Positions 52,039 through 63,806 of a stretch of DNA of 64,000 nt are shown here, in pieces (position 1 is the first letter of the stretch; every line of letters starts with the position of its first letter). This stretch comes from Podarcis tiliguerta (Eukaryota). Position numbers and translations under genes: made by a program. The stretch lies in the NCBI GenBank assembly GCA_965153285.1, contig OZ229110.1. One strand, 5' to 3'. The notes under the pieces are model-generated. The model was given only the letters and a program-made list of their open reading frames with translations. It was not told where the DNA came from and ran no database searches.

Positions 52039-52755
52039 GCAGGTGTATGGGGTGTTAGGGGAGGCATAGTACCTCTGGTTGGAGACACTTTGTGCTCCTT
52101 CTGAGGTAGTATGTCTACCTTTGGTCCCCACTTTGCACACAGCTCTCACTTGTGGCTCCTAGAATCTGTCAGCATGCAACAGTAGCCACACACTGGAAAC
52201 AGCTTCAACTGGTCAGCTAAACTAGGTGTGGGTAGCTGATGGGTCTCAAACCCTTGGTGAGTTAGGGACTTTCCCTGCTTGTGAAGACACACTCCTGCCG
52301 ATTGAGCATACAAGACCAATAATGGATGCAGCAGTGAAGAAGGTGGAAGTGAGGGGCAGACAGGGCTCATCAACCTGGAAAGGTAGCCCATCTAGGAGAA
52401 GGAAAACTTTGATCCTAAACCTCTGCTGCCTTCTTCTTTGGGAGAAGAAAAGGCTAAGGAGTAATCTCTACACAAATCCGGAGTGGAGTCCCTAAGATTG
52501 TTGGATGGTGCCTTGTATGCCTCCTTCTGGCAACTTCCTGCAGCCAAACTGGTGCCAAACGTTTTACTGTGCTTTCCTTCGGACCTCATCAGTGAGGCCA
52601 GGAGGTCAAAGTCTTGTCATCTGGGCAGCCCAGGACCTCCATACACACTGCCCAGGCTTGTGCCCCGGGGAGGTCACTTTGGTGCTGCTAATGCACGTTT
52701 GACTTCACTCCCGGAGGCACACTCCATTGTCTCTTTAGACAGATGGGTGCCAACA
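52039..52755 (+). mobile_element. Non-autonomous RTE-like retroelement (5' UTR joined to 3' end, no ORF), full length
   Basis: 10-bp TSD TAGTGTTCTG at 52029-52038 and 52756-52765. RTE-type 5' UTR motifs (GGAGAAGGAAAACT..AAACCTCTGCTGCC..AAATCCGGAGTGGAGTCCC, recognised from memory). 3' stem-loop followed by CAACA. Confidence 0.8.
52049..52230 (+). ncRNA. Putative HDV-like (nested double pseudoknot) ribozyme at the 5' end of the RTE-like element, partly decayed
   Basis: Hand-folded P1, P2, P3, P1.1, a weak P4 and J4/2 GCUAAAC occur in canonical order. See findings. Confidence 0.6.
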
Positions 52756-53042
52756 TAGTGTTCTGTATTAAACCTTCTCTGGATACGAAGAAAAAGAATG
52801 GAGATTTAAACTGTTTTGTGCACAAAGAAGGGTGTGCGAAGTTGGAATCAGCCAGAGAATTTAACAGTCGAAACTGCAACACAGCCATTCAGAGGAGAAT
52901 ATATCAGTAGGTTCTGTAGAAAACACCGTGGTTCTAATTGGTCGTGCAGATGCCATTCTTGCCATTTTCAGACACACAAGGCAGATTCTTTACCGACTAG
53001 TACTAAGTCTTGCAAAGTAATTTTTTTCACCATCTTTAGCAG

Positions 53043-53233
53043 ATTCAAGGAGTCACAGCCCAAGCAAACAGCGTGGTGGATCTGCCAGAGTTAACAAGGA
53101 TGGGGATGACTCCTCTTCTGAGAGCAAGCAGTACAGTCATGGTCTTGTTACAACAGAACTGCAGAGACTGGCAGAGAAGCAGGCAGCCAGGAAGTACTCT
53201 CCTTCCAGTCACATCAGTCTCCTTACACAGCAG
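53043..53233 (+). CDS. TTLL5: TTLL5 coding exon (approx. 27): SRSHSPSKQRGG...VTTELQRLAEKQAARKYSPSSHISLLTQQ; NAGNAG alternative start at 53040
   Basis: tttag|cag| acceptors, |gtacag donor. Has the ELQRLAEKQAAR signature. Confidence 0.94.
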
Positions 53234-54627
53234 GTACAGTGGCAGCAGTCTTCTATGGAACAAAGTCTGTGCATGAGTGAGAGAGAGCTTGGACAGAATG
53301 TTTTCGCTAGTTAATGGTTTTTAATGGATCTTGGGCAATACCTGATCGCATCACTTTAAAATGCTCATTATGTTCTCGCTCGGTCCGTAAGGGGTCTTGT
53401 CAAGGGCAAAATGTTTGTAGGGAAATAATTTCTTTTTGAATTAGACTTACACCAGAGGATACTGGAAGCATTACATCTAAAATGTAGATGCAGTTCTGCC
53501 AGAGGCACAGCTCAAAAGAAAACAATAGTAGAGAAGACTGTGATGAAATACCCAAATATCTGATCTTTAATTCTGCTGTCATGAAAACGAATAATAAAAT
53601 TATTGAGGTTTGTTTGCGCAGTTGGGACTTGTGGATAAAGGAGAGTCTACCAACTGTTGAAACTGCGAATAAGGGAGGGAGGGGGTTCTCTTCCACCATG
53701 ATTTAGTATGGTTAGCCAGGTCACAGGAAGCTTCAGGCAGCTGATTTACTCTCTCCTCCTCCTACATTCATGCAGGAGCAGAAAGAACTCCTATAGTTAC
53801 CCCACACCAACCTGACCTTCCCAATAGGTGGACCTATCTTTTTAAAGCAGCAGGCAACTTGCTCAAGCAGCCTTGGATCTCCCCTGTCTGGGCAAAAGAT
53901 CCTTCTGGAGGAAATGAAGAAACTACTGTTTTGAGAGGATAGATGTCGCAGCTAAAGTAGAAGGGATGGTGTGAGGCAGCAGCAGTGGCATCTTCACAAC
54001 TCTCCTTTCTAGTGTGGTGAAGCAGCGTAGTAGTTATACTTGTTATGTGATTAAACAGTTTCCAAGACTGAGATCCTAATTACAACAAGAAGTAAGACAG
54101 CAAGCAAGGCTTTGCAGCCACTTATTTTTATCACTGTCAAATCCCTGTAACTGTCAAGTATATATTGCTTGTAGAGGTAGAAATTAACCATGATCTAAGT
54201 TACTATATTACAAATAGGAATAAAGGCAACTAAGGCGATTGCTTAGCACTGGTATTTGGTAGCGGTTATGGAATTAGGTGCCCACAAGAATGTGCAACTT
54301 AATATGGAAAAGAGTTACCATTCCTGAAGGCTAGTCTGCTTGCCTGGAACTGGTGGTGGATCTGCTAAAGTGCTCTTGCTTCTGTTTTTCTGTGCTAACG
54401 AGTCTGTTCCTTCTCCTTCCTTTCACTCCTTCCGTTTTCTATTTTTCTTCCTTTTAGACAAGATAGGGTTTTCTGTATAGAAGGCTATTGAAGTAGTTGT
54501 GACTGAGCAGTTTGGAAGTAACGTTTCATCGTTTTCAGCTTCAGTCCTAGACTGTCCATTAATGATCCTAGTCTTCTGGTCTCTAGTTGGTCAAAGCCAA
54601 TAAAAATTTTGGTTCAAAATTTAATTA

Positions 54628-54710
54628 ATTAATTAACAACAACAACTGTTTAATAAACTACCTCCCTTCATTAATTAACAACAACAACTGTTTAATAAGC
54701 TACCTCCCTT
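54628..54710. repeat. 42-bp tandem duplication (2 copies)
   Basis: attaattaacaacaacaactgtttaataa(a/g)ctacctccctt occurs twice. Confidence 0.93.
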
Positions 54711-56919
54711 TTTGCTTAGTAAGACTTGAGGTGATATGCATTTGGGGGTGCAGATTCTTTTCTTTTTTTAATTACCTATCCTTTCTGAACAATATGCTGT
54801 GCTGCAGTATCGGATCTGTGTAAGGTATTTATGGTACTTGTATGTATGTGTTAGGGGCAAGAAGCAGTGGCCTGTTCCTATTGTCTTCCAATCTGCTGTG
54901 CTTGGTGGTCATAGATGGCAAATAGGCTGTGTTGAATTGACATAACTTGATAAAGAGAAGGGAGAATTTAGTAGGAGCACTGGCTGCCCTTGTCCATGAA
55001 CAAATGTGTGAGAATTTAGGGCTGGCTATCACTAGGAACAGTTCCAGCTCTTCCTTCCAGAGAGTTTGATCACAGGCATAAAACCAGACCACCCAAGTGA
55101 GGGAATGAGATGTATCTTTCTTATCTAAGCCAGCCAGTGCTCAAATATTGAAGCCAGGTTTCCTGCAAATGTGATGATCTATCCCTAGGACGATGAGCAC
55201 ATATTCCTTTCAAGTTTTATTTAATTTATTTTATTTCACAACATCTATATACTGCTTGATTGTAATAAAATCTCAGAGTTTGCAGAAAGAATGAAACAAT
55301 GAAATTATCAGTAAAAAGCAGTTAAGTATTTAAAATATTCACATGCTTTCATTCTGATAGGGAGATAATTAGAGGAACTGGTCATTCCTCATAGAACTAT
55401 ATGGAGTGCAAATAACCCACTGCTGTGGGTTTACACTAACAGCCTTCTGCTAGGTACTTGTTATTTCAGAACCTGACCTATAGTTTTACAGTGTGATTTT
55501 GTCTGACCAGCACATTCTGGGTGGAGATAGGACCAATGGCTATAAAATGAAGGAGGCAGGTGAATAACATAGTCTATGCTGAAATGATTTAATCTCTTGG
55601 ATGAGAGAAGTCATTTTTAATGGCATCCCAAAGTGCTCTGTTTTCTTCTACATTGTTTTGGCTTTACATTTTTGTCACTCTTCTTTGCTGAATTATGTGA
55701 TTCCACTAATACTGGCTTGCAGCAACTTCAGTAAGATGTCTCATGTTAGGAAATTTATCTTTAGAAAAGTAATTTCAAAGTTTTCAGACCCAAGTGCGGT
55801 TTTTCACTGGAACTGCTCAAGTTCCACTTGAGACTTACTTTATTTATTGAGGGGATCCCCATGTTTCTCCTTCCCTGCCTGACACCCTCCCCCCACTGTC
55901 TTTCTTCTTCTCTGTACTTTGTGACTTTTTAACTTGGTGAATATGACCCACCTGAAGTCAGGGCACGGCCCATTTCTAGGTCATGACCTACCAGCTGAAG
56001 ACCAGGGCTTTAAAAGAAGAAAGGTGTCTTTGGAGCACCACCAATCCTGCTGTATTCCAGCTGCAGCAGCTTTTGTGCAGTTGGAATGGACCTTGTGATT
56101 TGAAGGAGGCCGCCAGTTGAACCAAGCTGAGCTTCAAGGAACTTTTGTTGTGGGAAGGATTATTCCATGATCATCAAACGTTTGGCACATCTATGCCCTA
56201 TTGAAATAGCTCCCACTGAGAAGTTTTGAAGCTGAGAGTACTTAATTCAGAGCCTGACTTTTCAGTACCGGCAAGAGGCAAGTAACCATCCACTGCAGCG
56301 CAAACTCATTTTTTTTTTATTGTTAAATGGATGCATACGCTGGAGAAACTACAAACGAATCTGCAAGTTTGTCAGGTTTCCCAGGAATGTCTTTGGCAGG
56401 TCTTTGTCTGGAACGTTTTCTGGAGACTAGAACACTTATGCTTTTTATGCATGTGCATATCCTGTAAGCTGGTAAGCTCAGCAAGCAGGGAAGGAATGTC
56501 ATGGGCCTTTAGCCAGATCAACTTTGGTACACACACAGATTTCACACCTCTCTAGCCCTTTAGTCTTTGCTCTCATTTTCCTCTGGCTTATAGCTGTAAA
56601 TACAAATGTATGCATGAAATGAACTTGCCTAAGGGTAGATCTGTACTGTATGGGTGTGGCTGAAAATGAGCCTCAGTCGACAACAGAATGGCCTTTTTTT
56701 CTCCCCAAGGGGCCCCCTATCCACAATTAGATACTACAAGTCTTAAGGCCAGGGAATAGTGCACCAGTGCAGTTATACCCTCTCCCCTGCCCCCATTATT
56801 GGCCATAAATACACTTCATGTTAACTTGCCTTGAAAGATTGGCCATGAGAGATGAGAAGCACTGGATGTGGGTTTGAGGGTTCTCGGTGACACAGAGTGC
56901 CTTACATCGGCTTAGCCTG

Positions 56920-57460
56920 TTTGCCTAACTGTGACCATATCTCGACAAGGATAACTTGACTACTATAACCCAAACTACAGCCCAGTTGGATTGTAAACCA
57001 ATCAGTGTTGGATTGTTGCAATGTGTTTATGTGGGGCTGCTTTTGCAACCTGTTCAGAAGCTTCAATTAATGCAGAATGTACAGCTGTTGACAAGTTCGA
57101 GGCAAACAGACCACATAACACCAATTCTGTTTGAACTTTACTGGCTGCCTCTATGCTTCTGAGCCCAATTCAAAGTGCAGGTTTTGACAGTTACAGGTCA
57201 GGACCCCAATATCATCTGGAATACCTCTCTCAACATCAACCTACCTGGACTCTTAGATCTTCATCTTAGGCCCCTCTCTGGGTCCCTCCTCTGAGTGAGG
57301 CTGAGGGGACAGGGACAAGGAAGAGGCACTTTTCAATTGTGGCTCTTCATCTATGGATTGTTCTCCCGAGCAAGGGCTGGCCAGTGCCGCCTTTGACATC
57401 TTTTCAGCACCTGCTAAAGACTTGCCCTTTTATCCAGACTTTTGATAGACTAGGATGATA
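56920..57460 (+). mobile_element. Old L2 LINE 3' ORF2 fragment
   Basis: Peptide VQKLQLMQN..DHITPILFELYWLP (track ORF 56956..57162). Confidence 0.8.
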
Positions 57461-58671
57461 TTGTGTATTATTAACATACTGCCAAAACTTGCTGTATTGT
57501 AAGTCCTTTCAAGACCTTCATATAACAAATAACTAATTTATTCATCATCATCATCATCATCATAGTTTCTTTCATTTCATGTGCCTGAAACACTGCAATC
57601 AGTTTTCCTTCCCTTCCTTACACCCCACCCCCAACTTTTCTAGTAAAAAAAATCCCTTCATTTGTTCAGGAGTTTTCTACTTTGTTCCTTATTTGTGATT
57701 TAAGAATTGCAATTAAAAAGACCTGTTGGCATTTTTTTAAATAAAAAAGAAGGAGGGCAGGGGAGTGATGTCGTCATATATCCATGACAGTCTGAAAGTT
57801 CATTAACTGAATGGGAAAGACTGTCACTATCAGATAACTCAAAGCAGAGCTGCTGTACAGATGCTTAAGTATTACGGGCTACCCAAGGAATCCACCAAGC
57901 TGGCAGGCTAATTATAGCAGCTGAAACAAATCAGGGCATGGAGGAGTAACTATCAAAATGAACGAAGCTGGTGGGCTGGTTCAAATATGCCTTGTGTGCT
58001 CTCCTTTGAATCCATTGCCTGTATTTAATTCTGCTGTAATTTAAACACCTGTCTACATGGAATGTGTGAAATGTCCTTACCCGCCACACTCAACTGTTTA
58101 CACACCTGCCTTACTTGGAAAGACAACTTTAAAATAAACGGTGTTTTGATATTGGAGGGAAAATGCAACAAGGTAGCACAGATGGGGGGGAATAGGATAG
58201 AGTGGTGAAACAGCTGACTAAATGCACATTGATGCTGGGGGAGAGATCTTATTTTAGCTGTCTTCGTGCAGCACTTCTTTACTGGAAATCAAATCTTACG
58301 CATTACAGGCTTATGTGCAGCCACAAATGCACAAATTCTGCACTATGAAAATACAAATTCTTCAGTTTGATTACATTTGCAAAGTGCACATTTTAATGCT
58401 GCTTTCAGATTTTCTGAGCTGACTTTTTGATCTCCTAGTTCCAACTAGAGCCACTCATAATCTCGTAATATAAATTTGGGTTGCCTAGGGCAAGATAAAG
58501 CGACTAAATAAATAAACAAATAAATGTCACCAGCGCTTGCTAGTTGGGTTTTGGTTAAGTTTGCATCTTTCATTTATGTGTTGATACAGCGGCTGCACAA
58601 TAGGTGGCAGAATGTTTGCATCAACAAAGTAGAAGTAAGAAGGTGTCAGAAGAGTTTAGCAGGGATATCCC

Positions 58672-58673
<2 letters not shown>

Positions 58674-58718
<45 letters not shown>
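58674..58718. repeat. (GA)22 microsatellite
   Basis: Perfect dinucleotide run. Confidence 0.97.
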
Positions 58719-58720
<2 letters not shown>

Positions 58721-59680
58721 CTTCAAAATCACACTATCGTCCTTTTGGAGTCTTAATGTTGTGGATTATCCTCAAACATACTGAATCTCACCAAGAGTCC
58801 ACCTAACTCTTACTGTCTTTATAATGGCAGAAGAATGCTGAGAGGCAATATTTGTAGCTACTTGGCTCTTAGGGATTTTTTTTTTCTCCAGAGGTTCATC
58901 TAAGATGAAGCATTGCAGAGGTGGGTCAAAACCATGGTGTCTATTAACACAAGACTTATCTTTACTCCATTGATGCTTTGGGAGCTTTATCTTTTGTTTT
59001 TGTTTTTATGCTCTGGTTTTGAATAATGTTGCAACAAGTCCTGAGCTCTTGGGACAGGGTGGGGTTGGATCAGAATCGAAGAAAACACAGTTCAGTTCAT
59101 AGACTATTTGTGTCATTCATCTTAACCATTACAGTGATGAAAGGAAAGGGATAAACTCCAGAGAACAATGATGCCATATTTATAAATATATAAATATTTA
59201 TAAATATAATAATATAATATAAATATTTATAAATATAATATTTTGTTGTTGCATTTTCATCCTGTCCTTTCTCAGTGGAATTCAAGGTAGCATACATGGC
59301 CCCCCATCCCCCACCCTATCTCAAGGTAGGATAACTTGAAAGTCAGTGCCCGGCTCAAAGTCATCCAGTAAGCTTTGTGGATGAATGGAGATTTGACCCA
59401 GGGTCTTCCCAGACTTAAATACCCTACCCTACCCTGCCCTACACCCCACTGACTATCAACATATAGAGACAGTATCTCTTGGATTAGGGATTGGGCACCT
59501 GTGGCCTTCAAGGTATTATTGATTCCCAGTAACCCCAGCCAGCATTGCCAGTAGTCAGGGATGCTGAGAGTTGTGGTCCAACAGCAGCCATGTATTAGAC
59601 AATGAAAATACCTTCACTCAAATACCTTCACTTCGTCAAGTCTCATAAAGTGCTTTCCCTTTTTCCCTGTTTGTTTTTAG

Positions 59681-59826
59681 TTAACAAATTTGAATCTGAT
59701 GAGTGGAGCTATAAACAGAGGAAATGTAACTTCTCCCAGTTACCGATCACCTCTCAACCAAGGAAACTCATTTTGGGCCTTTCAAACACACACCGGTGAC
59801 ATCAGGCCTTCATCTTTGACAGTGAG
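59681..59826 (+). CDS. TTLL5: TTLL5 coding exon (approx. 28): LTNLNLMSGAINRGNVTSPSYRSPLNQGNSFWAFQTHTGDIRPSSLTV
   Basis: gtttttag| and AG|gtaagt, 146 nt. Has the TNLNL..G.INR signature. Confidence 0.92.
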
Positions 59827-60404
59827 GTAAGTTAACAACATTAGACTGTATTAGTATTCTCAGTGTGTGGAAATGCTTTTCAATATTACTAGTTTGCAAG
59901 GCAGTGACTGAAATGTAGCTGCAGTTTGAACAGGTATAATAGATGGGAGGTGTCATTTGATTCCACAATGAAACCTGAGAATAAGCTTTTGATATTTATT
60001 CAGTGCTGAGATGGTGCAGATTAGGTAACAGTATCAGCTGAAAATGGGCTGTATTTTTTTCTGATAGCAAAATTCAGAATCCCTTTTCTCTTCCATGGAA
60101 AGTCTTCTAAAAGGGAAGCGTCTTCCCTATCCGCTTAGGAACGAGGCAAGCCAACTGTCTGAAGCACTTGGCCAATGGGAAAGACAAAGCCTTTTGGGCT
60201 GTCTGCCTCTGAGATGGCAGGCAGATTTCTCTTCTGCTCTTGTAGCCTGAACATTTTTGTGTGTTCTCAGTGGAGAGGGAGGGTGTGTAGACAAGCAAGA
60301 AAGGCAGAATTTGCACAATTTTTTAAGTTGAGTTTTCACTTTTTTTTTTTTATCTCTTTACGTTTTCAAGAGTTTATTTGAGCTCTACAGTATTACTATT
60401 TGTA

Positions 60405-60768
60405 GGGACGTGGTTGGTGCTGTGGTGTAAACCATTGAGCCTTGGGCTTGCCGATCGGAAGGTCGGTGGTTCAAATCCCCGCGATGGGGTGAGCTCCTGC
60501 TGCTCGATCCCAGCTGCTGCCAACCTAGCAGTTTGAAAGCATGTCAAAGTGCAAGTAGATAAATAGGTACCGCTCTGGCGGGAAGGTAAACAGTGTTTCT
60601 GTGTGCTGCTCTGGTTTCGCCAGAAGTGGCTTAGTCATGCTGGCCACATGACCCGGAAAAACTGTCTGCGGACAAACGTCGGCTCCCTTGGCCAGTAAAA
60701 CGAGATGAGCGCTGCAACCCCAGAGTTGTTCGTGACTGGACTTAACTGTCAGGGGTCCTTTACCTTTT
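60405..60768 (+). mobile_element. Sauria SINE, more diverged subfamily, 14-bp TSD
   Basis: TSD TATTACTATTTGTA at 60391-60404 and 60769-60782. Core GCAAGTAGATAAATAGG and CCTTTACCTTT tail. Confidence 0.93.
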
Positions 60769-63443
60769 TATTACTATTTGTACAGGATAGGATCTTCCTT
60801 TTCCTGAATATTCAAAAGAATACATTGCTTCAGTAGAGAATAAGCCTGTCCAAATTGTGTGCATGCATGTCTTTTTGAAAGTTCTGTAAGTGAATTAGCA
60901 ATAATAAATGTTCCTAGTATGTGGAGGTGGTGAACCATATCATAGGTGTATTTTCTAGTGCTGTTTCAGTTTATGAAATCGAGCTCATGAAATAACTGCT
61001 CTGAAGCAGAGAAATGAAAACAAAAAGTTTTCAATCCTGAATCTAATGAAAAGGGAGACATATTTGGGGCCGCTGATTTGGTCTGTGACCAAGGTTTGTT
61101 AGTAAACTGTTTGAAAAGTAATTCTGAGGTGTGAAGACTCCAGAAGTGGCCTGGAGGCTATGCTCCAAACAGACCTATTGACTGAATTATGGGAGATTCG
61201 TGTTCTTTTTGAATCTGAAGATTCCTCTCTCCCCTATTTAGAGTTTCAATAATATTTCATTTGTTACTTCTGTAAGTCCCCGGTGCTTCTAAAAATGTGA
61301 TGTAAGAGGTTGATTATGTCAAACTTACTCCAAGCATACTGGTCCTGCCCTTGGACACTGAATTACAGAGTTCAGTGAATTTCTTGTGCTGCTGGGTCAT
61401 GGGTCCTATTGGAAGTCTGTCAGGCACGAAGATGAATTTTGCACAGGCATCAAAACATGTAACTAAGATCATGGAAAGTTGAGCAACACTGGATTACTGA
61501 AGCTACTTGTATTCATCTGTCCATTTTCTAAGCATTGGCCTACATCTAGAAAGTGCTAATTCTTCTGGCAGATCCTCACTTCCTATGTTTCTTGCTGTTT
61601 GTTTCTATTCCTGTGTTTTTAAATTTGTAGGAACATCAGATAAGGGGTGGTATATTTGTGCCTTTATGGCCCCCACCAATCCCCCACCCAAACTATTCAG
61701 TTCTCACACAAAGCAGAACTAAAACGAGACACCTCCCTGTCCTCCAATAATACATTTTTATAAGCAGAACTTCAATTTGTAAGTGAACACCTCCCCCCGC
61801 CCCAATTGGGTGACTTATTCAGTGGCCTCACACTTTTTATCCCTCTGAATTTAAAGTATGCAGCCTTCTGTTGTTGTTTCATCCCTCATCAGATCGTTGC
61901 TGAGCTACTGTAACTGCTCTACTGTCCACTATCCTTCACTGCTTGCACTGGCCCAGACACTCTCTGTTCTCTGGCCACATGCTCTTGACATGGCAAACAT
62001 TGCAGCTGCCACATCTTCTGATTAACTAGAAGAATCCTAGCGTGGGAGAAGCTGTGCAGTTTCTATGAAAACACCCTTCCTCTCTGTTCCCATTTTAAGC
62101 CCCATACAAAGGAATGGCTGTGATCCTAAACACAACAGTGAGTAAGGCCCATTGAGCACAGTAGTAGGAATTGCTTCTGAGAAAACAGATAAGGTTTTTT
62201 GTGTACTAAGGTTTCCAGAACCAAGGGTTTTCCAGAAGTCACAGCTTTGGTTGGCTATAGTTCCTTCGCCCTAAATTCATCTTACTCATTCTCTGCTTTT
62301 TGCTGTACTACCCAGTGCCACCCCCACTAGAGGAAAATATCCTTTTTTATGGCCTTCCTTGCATATTCCGTAGCCACCAATTATGTTTATTCCCTGAGGA
62401 AGCTTTAACCACACAGTATTTGGAGAATGATCTTAGCTCTGTGTTAGAAATGGTATTATGTTCAATCTCCAGGATCCCACGGTAGGACTGGGAAAGCCCC
62501 GGTCTCAACCACTGGAGAGTCGCTGCCAGTCAGAGTAGACATTCCTGAGCTAAGTGGGCCAGTGGTCTGACGACTGAAGGCAGCTTTTTATGAACTGTTT
62601 CTCTAGAAGGATTGTCCATCAGAGTCAAGGAGCATTAAGGCAAGTTGTTCCTGGGCCAGCACAGGGCATAGCCACATGCCTGTAGCCTTAAGGGATGGAT
62701 AGCGATCCATGGCTTTTGACTCAGTAGGGCTTATCCACTCCTGCGGTCAAATACCTACTTGCAACTACAGCAGCACAACTTGCACTGTCTGTGTATTGGC
62801 TTTACCATACTGGAGAAACCTGTGTCGGCAGCTCCAGTTGTACCTCCACCTCTTCTGAAATAGTTCTGAGCCCATTATTGTGGGATGGCACCGTTTTGTG
62901 GCCAGTTGTCTTTTGCAGCCTCAAGTCTTGGCTTTGTCAGCCTGGGGCCTCAATGGGGAGGTAAAGCAGGAAGCTTATATCTCTCAGCGGTTTGAGGCCT
63001 GACCCTGCAACCTCAGATTTCCAGGCACTAATGAGCAGTTAGTTTTCCAAGGTAATCAGGGATATTAGTTGCCAGAGAGTTAGGTAGAGTGCAGTGAGTT
63101 CCAAGAGCCACTTTTGGCCATGTATTCTGAGTTAACAACAATAGCTCAAGTGATGGGTGGGAAGAGAGGTGACAGAATGTTATCACCATGGCTTTCATTT
63201 ATGGTGGGTGACATCTACTTGGGCACTTGGTTAACTTTCTTCTCTGAGGTCTCTGTGCTGCTGTACATATTAGGTCTGCACCTGCACAGAGCAGCATTAT
63301 GAACCTTCTAGAGATAAGATGCTGGAAAAAACCTTGGCATGGAGGTCTGCCCCAGGGCAAGGGTACTTGGCTATGAAGGCGGGACTCTTCTCTTCCTGCT
63401 CAGTTTCTTTCTGATTGCCACAAGTGAGGGTAATATACATGTA

Positions 63444-63806
63444 AAGGTAAAGGTAAAGGTACCCCTGCCCGTACGGGCCAGTCTTGACAGACTCTAGGGT
63501 TGTGCGCCCATCTCACTCAAGAGGCCAAGGGCCAACGCTGTCCGAAGACACTTCCGGGTCACGTGGCCAGCGTGACATCGCTGCTCTGGCGAGCCAGAGC
63601 CGCACACGGAAACGCAGTTTACCTTCCCGCTAGTGAGCGGTCCCTATTTATCTACTTGCACCCAGGGGTGCTTTCGAACTGCTAGGTTGGCAGGCGCTGG
63701 GACCGAACAGCAGGAGCACACCCCGCCGCGGGGATTCGAACCGCCGACCTTTCGATCGGCAAGCCCTAGGCACTGAGGCTTTAACCCACAGCGCCACCTG
63801 CGTCCC
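63444..63806 (-). mobile_element. Sauria SINE, same subfamily as 21822-22187, 12-bp TSD
   Basis: TSD AATATACATGTA at 63432-63443 and 63809-63820. (AAAGGT)n tail on the left, GCGTCCC end on the right. Confidence 0.94.

Noticed and set aside
57763-57812. Box C/D snoRNA (GTGATG..CTGA)
   Set aside because: Box C is imperfect, the span is only about 46 nt, and there is no terminal stem or recognisable guide.
59176-59241. AT-only palindromic stretch as a functional element
   Set aside because: It is low-complexity ATATTTATAAATAT repetition, explainable by slippage.
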